Both the position numbers and the translations under genes were made by a program. From positions 1 through 13,156 of the forward strand of contig JAYENL010000060.1 in NCBI GenBank assembly GCA_034722055.1: a DNA stretch of 13,156 bases, read 5' to 3'. Each line of letters starts with the position of its first letter. Positions within the stretch are counted from its first letter, which is position 1. The notes under the pieces are model-generated. The model saw nothing but the letters and a program-made list of their open reading frames with translations, did no database searches and was not told where the DNA came from. This document shows, piece after piece, positions 1 to 7,553 of the stretch. This DNA comes from Armatimonadota bacterium. GTDB taxonomy: Bacteria > Armatimonadota > Zipacnadia > Zipacnadales > UBA5352.

Positions 1-156
1 CGAGCAGAATGCCACAGGCGTCTCGACGAGTCACAATGTCCACAAAAGCACGATAGCTTTCAGGCCCACGCCATGCCCGGTGCGAAGCAGACCTCTGGCG
101 GTGTTCGTAGTAATCCCTCGTCGAGAGTGGCGACACCTTGGCTCAGTCCTCCGACG

Positions 157-1272
157 TCATTCTTGTCGCGAGGCCCTACCTGGCATGGGTCGGCGCTCTT
201 CCGTGTGGATGGCCGGCTGACCGACGACCCAACTCTCCGCCCCGGCGCGGCTCACGCTCACGGGCAGCATCTCGCAGCCGGCCTGCTCTGCCAGCGCCTC
301 GCGGACCACGACCTCGCGGCCTGGCTCCGCCAGAAAGGTGATGCTTCCTCCACCTCCTGCACCGTTCACCTTGCCACCAGCCGCCCCCGCGTCTCGCGCG
401 ACCTCGAACGCATTCTCTATCGTGTCGTTCGTGATGGACGGATGAAGCTGCTTCTGCGCCTCCCAGTTTGCGTTCATCACATCGGCCACAGCGGCAAAAT
501 CGCCCGCCAGCAGTGCATCCTTCATCTGGTAGGGCAACTCCCTGAGCGTCTCCAGCGCTTCCCTGACCGAAGCGTCGCCCGTCCGATAGCCCTCGATCAC
601 GCGGCGGTGGACCGCATCTGACAACCGGGATTGCCCGACGTATGCGAGGACGAGGCGTTCCTCGAGCTCGTGCAGGATGTGGTCGGGCAGATCGAGTCTC
701 GTCACGGTGGCATTCGGGTAGTCAATCTCAATGAAGCAGACACCGCCGTAGGCTGCGGCGAACTGGTCCTGCACGCCGCACTCGAGGCCCAACTCCTCCG
801 TCTCCAGTTGCTGAGCCATGCGGGCCACCTCATGCGGAGAGAGCAGCTCGCGGCGGAAGCGCCCGAGGCCCTCGATCATGGCGACCGCCACGGCGGCCGA
901 CGTGCCCACTCCGCAGCCTGGTGGAACGTCTGCCCAAATGGTGGCATCAAAGCCGACCCCAACGTCGAGCCGCTTTACGGCAGCCTTGAGAAGATCAAGG
1001 TTGCCATCGTACTCCAGCCGGCGCACGTCCTCGATCTCGAGCTCGGTGTCCAGATCGAGAGCGCGGATGGTGGCCCCGTTGTCGTTGCCACTCGAGTAGG
1101 TCCTGTAGCCGTACAACGTGTGCTTCTCGCGCGGACGGTCGCGCTGCTGGAGGAGGCAGTGAGCATAGAGCGCCACGGAGATGTTGAGCACCGCTCCTTG
1201 CTCAGCGAAATGCGTGTCCGTCCATCCCCCGATGTCGCAGATCCGAACTGGAGCTCTGCTGCGCACCATCAT
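157..1272 (-). CDS. GHMP-family sugar(-phosphate) kinase, HddA (heptose-7-phosphate kinase)/fucokinase-like
   Basis: 371 aa. N-terminal RAPVRICDIGGWTD, ATP-binding loop VPPGCGVGTSAA, CGVQDQFAAAYGG and C-terminal GGKVNGAGGGG are the GHMP motif set. ATGA overlap with the upstream GT4 stop (1269-1272). Substrate not assignable from sequence alone. Confidence 0.88.
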   Translation of the reverse strand: MMVRSRAPVRICDIGGWTDTHFAEQGAVLNISVALYAHCLLQQRDRPREKHTLYGYRTYSSGNDNGATIRALDLDTELEIEDVRRLEYDGNLDLLKAAVKRLDVGVGFDATIWADVPPGCGVGTSAAVAVAMIEGLGRFRRELLSPHEVARMAQQLETEELGLECGVQDQFAAAYGGVCFIEIDYPNATVTRLDLPDHILHELEERLVLAYVGQSRLSDAVHRRVIEGYRTGDASVREALETLRELPYQMKDALLAGDFAAVADVMNANWEAQKQLHPSITNDTIENAFEVARDAGAAGGKVNGAGGGGSITFLAEPGREVVVREALAEQAGCEMLPVSVSRAGAESWVVGQPAIHTEERRPMPGRASRQE

Positions 1273-2480
1273 GCTGAATCACGCTCCGTGACAGTCGCAC
1301 TGTCAAGTTCCGGAGTTGGGCCAGCCGCGCTGGTGTGCTCTGCTTCCTGAAGTTTCCCGGCCGCCTCGGCCAAAGCCCTTTGATACTTGCGCGCGATCAC
1401 GCCCCAAGAGAAGGTGGCAAGCGCGTACTGTCTGGCCCTCTGGTCCAGCTCGGCTTTATTCGGCGAGTCAAGCAACCCGAGGATGAGCTCGACCATGGCG
1501 TGAGGTTGGTTCCATGCAACAAGGTGGCCGTTCTCTCCATCCTTGACAGCGTCGGTGATTCCCTCGAGCTCGGCGGCCACAACGGGCATACCGGCGAGAT
1601 TGGCCTCGACGGCAACGAGTCCGAAGCCCTCCATGTCCCCTTCCACAGGCACGTTGGGCATGACGAAGACATCAGCCTGCTCGTAGATCGCTCCCAGCAT
1701 CTCGCTGCTCACCCGACCAAACAGGCGCACGTGGTCGCCGAGGTGGCACTCCTCAATCGCCTGCTCGATGGCGCCACGATGCGGGCCCTCGCCCACCACC
1801 CAATAGGTGACGTGGGGCCTGGCGTCTACGAGGCGTGGCAGTACCGTCCGGACGAACCGGGCGACGCCCTTGCGCTCTACCAGTCTCCCGACCGTCAGGA
1901 GCACCTGCCCGTCGTGGCCGGAGCTCAACCTGGTCTCGGTCAGGCGCTGACGTGCGGCGTCACCGGCCGCGGGAAGGCTCCCCTCCCAGACGCCCGGCGG
2001 GATGATAACGGCCCTGTCGGCGACGTCCCGCTCCTCGCATTTCTCGCGCGTGTGTGCACTGATGCAGATGACTCGCTCGCAGCGCCCAATCAGAGGCACT
2101 ATGAATCGCTGATACCAGGCTCGCGGATACGTCACATCGAGGCCGTGGACGGTGACCACAGCCGGGACGCCAAACAGAGCCGACAACGGTCTCCCGACGA
2201 GACACATGATCGGATCGCCGAGGTGAACGACATCCGGGCGCCATCGCAGAATCTCGACGATTGCTCGTAGGAAACAGTAGGGCAGGAATACGAAAAGCCA
2301 GCGTTGTGAGCCTCCCCAAGCAATGACGCGGGCATCAACAATCTTAGTGAGAGCCTGGACGAGCTCTGCGCTTAGCTTCTCCATACCACCCACGGCAGGA
2401 GGATGCTTGCGGGTGAGGAACAGCACCCGCAGGCGATCCAAATCGCGCGTTGCTGGCGCAGATGATAGCATGGATGTCAT
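1269..2480 (-). CDS. Glycosyltransferase family 4 (GT-B, retaining)
   Basis: RVLFLTRKHPPAVGGME, TVHGLD, LLTVGRLVERKG and the EX7E motif EGFGLVAVE. Real start may be the ATG at 2471, which has a better-spaced AGGGG upstream. Confidence 0.93.
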   Translation of the reverse strand: MTSMLSSAPATRDLDRLRVLFLTRKHPPAVGGMEKLSAELVQALTKIVDARVIAWGGSQRWLFVFLPYCFLRAIVEILRWRPDVVHLGDPIMCLVGRPLSALFGVPAVVTVHGLDVTYPRAWYQRFIVPLIGRCERVICISAHTREKCEERDVADRAVIIPPGVWEGSLPAAGDAARQRLTETRLSSGHDGQVLLTVGRLVERKGVARFVRTVLPRLVDARPHVTYWVVGEGPHRGAIEQAIEECHLGDHVRLFGRVSSEMLGAIYEQADVFVMPNVPVEGDMEGFGLVAVEANLAGMPVVAAELEGITDAVKDGENGHLVAWNQPHAMVELILGLLDSPNKAELDQRARQYALATFSWGVIARKYQRALAEAAGKLQEAEHTSAAGPTPELDSATVTERDSA

Positions 2481-2541
2481 CCCCTGGATCCGGTGCGCTT
2501 GTTAGCGGGCCCCGGTAGTCGTCAGACGTCTCTGCGCCGAC

Positions 2542-3540
2542 TCACCGAAGCCGAGACAGCTCCCGAATCGGCTCCTCATGGGCCTGATGCGGGGTGTCGC
2601 GTTCCATGGCCTGCGCTTGGCGCAGTCGGGCGAGCAGATCTTGGAGCAGCTTTCTGTTGGCCGCTATGAGATCCGCCACGATGCCCACGATGAATGCCTG
2701 CATCGCCAGAATAACCAACACGCCGGAAGCCAGCACGGACTGGACGTGACCGCCGCCCTGGCCCATCGCGTAGTAGTACGCGTACCGGCCCGCCAGGGCA
2801 GCACCTACGCAGAAGAGGAGGGCGGCGATGATTGAGAAGAACGTGAAGGGCTGATACAACGTGTAGATGCGGCCGATCGTGCTGAGCGAGCGGGCGATGT
2901 ACTCGGGAATGCTCTTGAATAGCCGGGACGGGCGCGTTCTCTCGTTCGTGCGAACGGGGACTTCCGCGACCGCCATCCCGCTGCGGCCCGCCTGAATCAG
3001 CGTCTCGTGCGTGTAGGTGAAGCTGGAGACAACGGTGAGTCTCACTGCGGCCTGACGGGAGAAGGCCCTGAAGCCGCTGGTGGCGTCGGAGACATCGGTG
3101 GCTGAGACCTTGCGCACCAGCCAACTGCCGAGGCGCTGAAGCCGCTTCTTCAGCCACGAGAAGTCCTCGATCTTGTCGATTGGGCGGGCGCCAACGACAA
3201 CATCTGCCTCGCCCCGGACGATAGGACCAACCAGATCGGGGATGCACTCGCCGCGGTACTGGTTGTCGCCATCTGTATTGACGATGACGTCCGCGCCCAA
3301 CTTGACGGCCTCGTCCAGCCCCGCATTGAAGGCCGCCGCTAGGCCCCTGTTCTGTGCGAATCCGATGAGGTGGTCGGCGCCAGCTTTGAGCGCGCGCTCC
3401 ACCGTACGGTCGCTCGAGCCATCGTCGATGATGAGAACCTCGACGCTGTCAACGCCGGCGATGTGACGAGGAATGTCCTCGATGGTCCGGGCGATGGTGC
3501 CCTCTTCGTTGTAGCATGGAATCTGGACGATTAGCTTCAT
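2542..3540 (-). CDS. Glycosyltransferase family 2, DPM/DPG-synthase-like, with two C-terminal TM helices
   Basis: IVQIPCYNEE, IIDDGSSD, NRGLAAAF, DXD motif NTDGDNQY, DATSGFRAFSR, then two hydrophobic helices. AGGAGG lies upstream of ATG 3540. Confidence 0.93.
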   Translation of the reverse strand: MKLIVQIPCYNEEGTIARTIEDIPRHIAGVDSVEVLIIDDGSSDRTVERALKAGADHLIGFAQNRGLAAAFNAGLDEAVKLGADVIVNTDGDNQYRGECIPDLVGPIVRGEADVVVGARPIDKIEDFSWLKKRLQRLGSWLVRKVSATDVSDATSGFRAFSRQAAVRLTVVSSFTYTHETLIQAGRSGMAVAEVPVRTNERTRPSRLFKSIPEYIARSLSTIGRIYTLYQPFTFFSIIAALLFCVGAALAGRYAYYYAMGQGGGHVQSVLASGVLVILAMQAFIVGIVADLIAANRKLLQDLLARLRQAQAMERDTPHQAHEEPIRELSRLR

Positions 3541-3547
3541 TGCTCGA

Positions 3548-4951
3548 TCACGCCCTCCTGGCCGGGTTCATCCCGCCAGTACCTCGTCTGAGGCGGTTCC
3601 ATACCTGCGTGGCACCCACAGCGAACAGCATGATGACCGTGACCGTGGCGGGGAGTCGATAGCGCGGATGCCCATGGATGAAGCTGTAGAAAAGAGTGAC
3701 CGCAATCAGCATGAACACGAGCAGCCTGGTCTCGGGCTGGCGCCAGGTCAGGACGATGCCCACCAGCGCAACACCGAGAAACGCCCAATACGCGAGGAAG
3801 GCCGGTAGCGGTGGCGGCGGCGTGGGCCACAGGTTCCATAGCAACATCAGTCGACTGACCACGAGTTCGGCGACTCTGATTGGGTGCGCCAAGATGAACT
3901 CGATTGCTCGCTGCTTGAAGTACCCCTCGACCGCCTTCGGATCACTTGACCCGAGCTCGGCTTGGATCCGGTCTCGAGCGGCGTGCACAGGAACGGCGCC
4001 GAGACCTCTTTCGAGTGCACCCGGCCCTGTGGGCGGGTCCTCCCAGACGGTTTGTGCGTAGGGGTTGTTATGCCCCCATAGCCAGTTACCGAGACTTCCT
4101 CCGCCTGCGTCGGCCAACTCGTCCACGCTCGTAGTGCGGTTGTAGATCAGCCAGGGGCTCACGACGAGGGCGAGCCCTGCGGTCATTAGTGTGCATCGGG
4201 CCAGCCGCTGTCTCCATGTGGTACCGCCATCGAGAAGCTGCCAGATCAAGACTGCGGGCAGCAGCACCAGCAGTTCAAGGCGCGTAAGTGCTACCAGCCC
4301 GAGAAGCAGTCCGGGGAGCACCGACCACCAGGCTGACTTACGTCGGCGGGCCGCAAATACAGCAACCACAAAGGCTGCTGTGAGGAAGACCAGCAACGTG
4401 GAGGCGTACAGCCTGGGCGTGTACTTGAGGAACTCTGGCATTACTGCCGTGATACCTGCCGCAAGCAATCCCACGGCATTGCTCGACATCATCCGCGCAG
4501 CCTGCCAGACCAGCAGGCATGTCACGGTCCCGAGCAGTGCATGGAGTATGCCTATGGGAAGTAAGGGCTCGTCGACCAGGGAGTACATGCCGGCAAGGAT
4601 CAAAGGATACAGGGGCGCGCGCGTAGGGGTCACTGAGCCAGGCTCATTCACGAGCCCGCGACCAGCGAGGAAGTTCCTCGCAACACGGTCATACATGGGG
4701 CCTGGGGCACCACTGAGCCTCATGCCCCGCATGATGTAGCGTCCCGTCGTCGAGTCAATGGTGTACGGCTGCCAACTCGACGGACCTGTTACGAGGTACA
4801 GCCTGACAGCAAAGGCAACCACGAGGATCAGCCCAAGCGCCCATCGCCACGTACCGTCGGGCGCCAGGGATCGAGTTGCTCTATCGGTTCCGTGGGGCGC
4901 CACGCCCCAACGAACGCCAGCCGCGGATACCTCTCGCATACGCAGCTTCAC
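3548..4951 (-). CDS. GT-C fold membrane glycosyltransferase (ArnT/PMT-like, glycosyltransferase family 39-like)
   Basis: Polytopic protein with YDRVARNFLAGRG, RAPLYPLILAG, GLLLGLVALTR, VVSPWLIYN and C-terminal GHPRYRLP, typical of this group. GTG directly abuts the upstream TAA. Start uncertain (alternative ATG at 4939). Confidence 0.82.
   Translation of the reverse strand: MKLRMREVSAAGVRWGVAPHGTDRATRSLAPDGTWRWALGLILVVAFAVRLYLVTGPSSWQPYTIDSTTGRYIMRGMRLSGAPGPMYDRVARNFLAGRGLVNEPGSVTPTRAPLYPLILAGMYSLVDEPLLPIGILHALLGTVTCLLVWQAARMMSSNAVGLLAAGITAVMPEFLKYTPRLYASTLLVFLTAAFVVAVFAARRRKSAWWSVLPGLLLGLVALTRLELLVLLPAVLIWQLLDGGTTWRQRLARCTLMTAGLALVVSPWLIYNRTTSVDELADAGGGSLGNWLWGHNNPYAQTVWEDPPTGPGALERGLGAVPVHAARDRIQAELGSSDPKAVEGYFKQRAIEFILAHPIRVAELVVSRLMLLWNLWPTPPPPLPAFLAYWAFLGVALVGIVLTWRQPETRLLVFMLIAVTLFYSFIHGHPRYRLPATVTVIMLFAVGATQVWNRLRRGTGGMNPARRA
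3554..3559 (-). promoter_or_regulatory. Ribosome binding site AGGAGG for the DPM-like GT2, inside the 3' end of the upstream gene
   Basis: Plus strand cctcct at 3554-3559; spacing to ATG 3540 is long (13 nt). Confidence 0.5.
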
Positions 4952-6031
4952 TTAGCTCGTCTCCTGAGAGGGAACCGTGTGCTGCGCCGTCTGCATCGCG
5001 CTGAGGGCGAGTGATAGACCGCCGAGGAGAGCCACGGACCAGCGGACGGCACGGTAAGTCAATCCAACTGCGAGGCCCACGGAAGTCGCGACCCCAAGCT
5101 CCCTCAATAGCATCGTGAGTGTGCATTCCTGTACGCCGATGCCGCCGATGGAGACAGGTACGGCGGCCGCCCAGTTCAGTGTGGTATTGAGCCCAATCAC
5201 ATCCCGATATGCCATTCCGATGCCCGCTCCTCGAATGCACGAGAAAAGCACCCACGCGTCCACGGTCCACATGAGCATCGAGAGGCCGAAGACCGCCGAC
5301 AGAGTGATGGTCTGACCGCGGTATGCGCGAAGAGTCTGCGCGAGGTCATGGACCGCGGCGACAATCCTGGTCAGCCAGCTCACCTTGGCTCCCGTGTCGT
5401 AGTGGGCGTCTCGTCTCGAGCCTCCCAGGTGGGTGGCCCACACCAGCAGAGCGGTACCGCCGGCCGCCACACAGGCCCCCAAAACGTTCGGCACAGACAA
5501 CGTCGTTGAGCCTCGGATCGTCAGACTCACCAGCAGCACAAGCCCACTCCATACCCCCAGACTAATCAGACCGAAGAGTCGGCCGACCAGAAGTGATGCT
5601 GCGACTGCTGTCAGAGGCACACGGCGACGTGTCAACTCGTATCCACGAGCGATATCGCCCCCAACTGTCGATGGCAAGAAGTTGTCGAAGAAGAAGCCGG
5701 CCAACCACAGTTGCACCAGTTGCCATAGCCGCAGCCGATATCCCAGCGCGCGCAGCAGGAGCAGCCATCGCAGGCCCCCCAGAAAGATAGCGGTGCACAT
5801 TGCTAGGACTCCATAGCAGGCCCAACCGGCTTCCACTGACCTTAGTGTCTGCCACGTGCGCCCGGAATTCCCACATAGCAGAACGAGCCCCACAATGATT
5901 CCAGCTGCGACCACGTAGCGAAGCGAAGTGGCAAGCTTTTGGCGCATGTTAGAGGCGTGCTGCGGCTCCTCCGCCCTCTGCACCGCTCCCTGGTCATACC
6001 ACATTGGCCTCTCGGCAGAGCGCTTGCTCAC
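4952..6031 (-). CDS. Lysylphosphatidylglycerol synthase TM-domain / UPF0104 membrane protein (putative flippase)
   Basis: LRWLLLL, FFDNFLPSTVGGDIARGY, VPVSIGGIGVQE and GLTYRAV are characteristic of the family; multiple TM helices. GTGA overlap with the upstream stop and GGAGG upstream. Confidence 0.87.
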   Translation of the reverse strand: MSKRSAERPMWYDQGAVQRAEEPQHASNMRQKLATSLRYVVAAGIIVGLVLLCGNSGRTWQTLRSVEAGWACYGVLAMCTAIFLGGLRWLLLLRALGYRLRLWQLVQLWLAGFFFDNFLPSTVGGDIARGYELTRRRVPLTAVAASLLVGRLFGLISLGVWSGLVLLVSLTIRGSTTLSVPNVLGACVAAGGTALLVWATHLGGSRRDAHYDTGAKVSWLTRIVAAVHDLAQTLRAYRGQTITLSAVFGLSMLMWTVDAWVLFSCIRGAGIGMAYRDVIGLNTTLNWAAAVPVSIGGIGVQECTLTMLLRELGVATSVGLAVGLTYRAVRWSVALLGGLSLALSAMQTAQHTVPSQETS

Positions 6032-7335
6032 CCTCCCAGTCCCTCCAATAGCAGCCCTATCACTTCCGTGTTCCAGAGTCCTTCAGCCACTACATCACCC
6101 AGATGCGTCATCGTCAGCAGTCCGACGATCACGAGCCACCCGATGGCGATCCAACGTCGGCGGAGCGGCTCGGTCCAAGCCAAGATGCCGACGAGCAAGT
6201 ATGCGGGGATGAAATGTCGTTCCCACCAGATCGGGCATATGGCGGGCAAACCGGCCGCGCACACAGCCATTATCAAGAAGGGACGACGAACGGGATTAGA
6301 CCACCCCTCAAATGCGACGTGGCTCGTGATGACGGCCCCGCCTGCCCACAAGATCCCATAGAGGCCGTAGGGCAGCCAGTCAGGCCCGAGGCGACCAGTG
6401 AGCAGAACGAGGTGGTCCATCACCCCTGCGCCACGCAGTCTGCTTGCGGGAAGGAAGCCCGCTGTCAGCAAGCCCAGACAAGCGGCAGGCACTAACCATA
6501 GCAGACCAGACTGCGGCTTGGTCCACTTGGCACGGGTCAGCAGGTAGGGCCAGAAGAAGAAGCTTAGCCAGGCAAGCAGATGGTTAAAGTGCTCTGGCTT
6601 CCAGGCCGTGCTCCGCTGCACTGTCAGTGTGGAGAACCCTCCCCACAAGGCAAAGAGCGGGCCGAACGCTGCCAGACTGAGAGCAGCAGTGGCGAAGGCC
6701 TCAGTTCGCCATTGCTTCCGCAAGAGAGCAGTTAGCGCCAAACCCACCGGAATGACAACGTAAGGCTGTCTGGTATAGAGCAAGGCCGCAATGGCGACGC
6801 CACTTAGCATCCAGTACTTGGCATGGCCGGTCTTCACACCCTCCAATACCCAGCAGAGCGCCCATGCAGCCAGTGCTAGTGCCAGTGCGTCGGTCAGCAG
6901 GAGAAAACCGTTTATGAAGACGTACGGTTGAAGCACGATGAAGGCCAGCATGATGGCCGTTGAGGACGCCTGGAGAGACCGGGCTAGTCGAATGAGACCA
7001 GCGGCCGCCAGGATGAGGAACATCATTGAAGTAGTCCTCAACAGCCACAATTCCGCACCTATCGCATGGAGATTCCCCCATATGAGGTACGAAAGCGGTC
7101 CGGGACCGGCCCGGTATGATGCCAATACCTCGATACTTGGCAGTCCGCCGCCAAACAGGAGCGCCACAGGCCAGTGGTGCACCTCATCGCGAGTGATGGG
7201 CAGATAGAAGCCGAGAATGACGCTTGCAGCCAGCAGGATTACGATCGAGATAATTGCGCCTCCTGCCATCAGCCTCGCTTTGTGCTCGCTCGTGAGATGC
7301 ACTGCCATCTCGCGCTGCATGCCTTCGTGACTCAT
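6028..7335 (-). CDS. GT-C fold membrane glycosyltransferase, ALG10/DIE2-like motifs
   Basis: 435 aa, about 11-13 hydrophobic segments. DE pair right after TM1 (ITRDEVHH), plus GFLLLTD, TRQ and ERHFIP. GGAGAGGGG RBS-like sequence before ATG 7335. Confidence 0.75.
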   Translation of the reverse strand: MSHEGMQREMAVHLTSEHKARLMAGGAIISIVILLAASVILGFYLPITRDEVHHWPVALLFGGGLPSIEVLASYRAGPGPLSYLIWGNLHAIGAELWLLRTTSMMFLILAAAGLIRLARSLQASSTAIMLAFIVLQPYVFINGFLLLTDALALALAAWALCWVLEGVKTGHAKYWMLSGVAIAALLYTRQPYVVIPVGLALTALLRKQWRTEAFATAALSLAAFGPLFALWGGFSTLTVQRSTAWKPEHFNHLLAWLSFFFWPYLLTRAKWTKPQSGLLWLVPAACLGLLTAGFLPASRLRGAGVMDHLVLLTGRLGPDWLPYGLYGILWAGGAVITSHVAFEGWSNPVRRPFLIMAVCAAGLPAICPIWWERHFIPAYLLVGILAWTEPLRRRWIAIGWLVIVGLLTMTHLGDVVAEGLWNTEVIGLLLEGLGG

Positions 7336-7553
7336 TCTGCCCCTCTCCAGTGAGCCAACGCAACTCGTGTCGGCGCCTTTCCCACCATGGCATTTGTACT
7401 TTGCACTGCGACAACAGCCCTTCCGTAGCGGACCTCAGTCTGGGCTTCCACTACGCGAGTGGATCTCGTCTCATTCTGTCATGTGCGGACCGGCTTGGTC
7501 CACGCGAAGCCGCACGATGGTTCCCCACGTGCAGCGGCCTCAATGGCCTGTGG

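Noticed and set aside
1..34. Possible start of a further minus-strand gene (GTG, MTRRDACGILL...)
   Set aside because: Only 11 codons are visible and the RBS is weak; cannot be supported without flanking sequence.
35..156. Intrinsic terminator after the kinase gene
   Set aside because: No strong GC hairpin followed by a U-tract was seen on the minus strand.
73..2270. Plus-strand ORFs 73-621, 631-1350 and 1335-2270
   Set aside because: Antisense shadows of the kinase and GT4 genes; no family motifs.
2576..3247. 223-aa alternative-frame minus-strand ORF within the GT2
   Set aside because: Arg/Pro/Gly-rich off-frame translation typical of GC-rich DNA; the main frame is intact, so no frameshift is implied.
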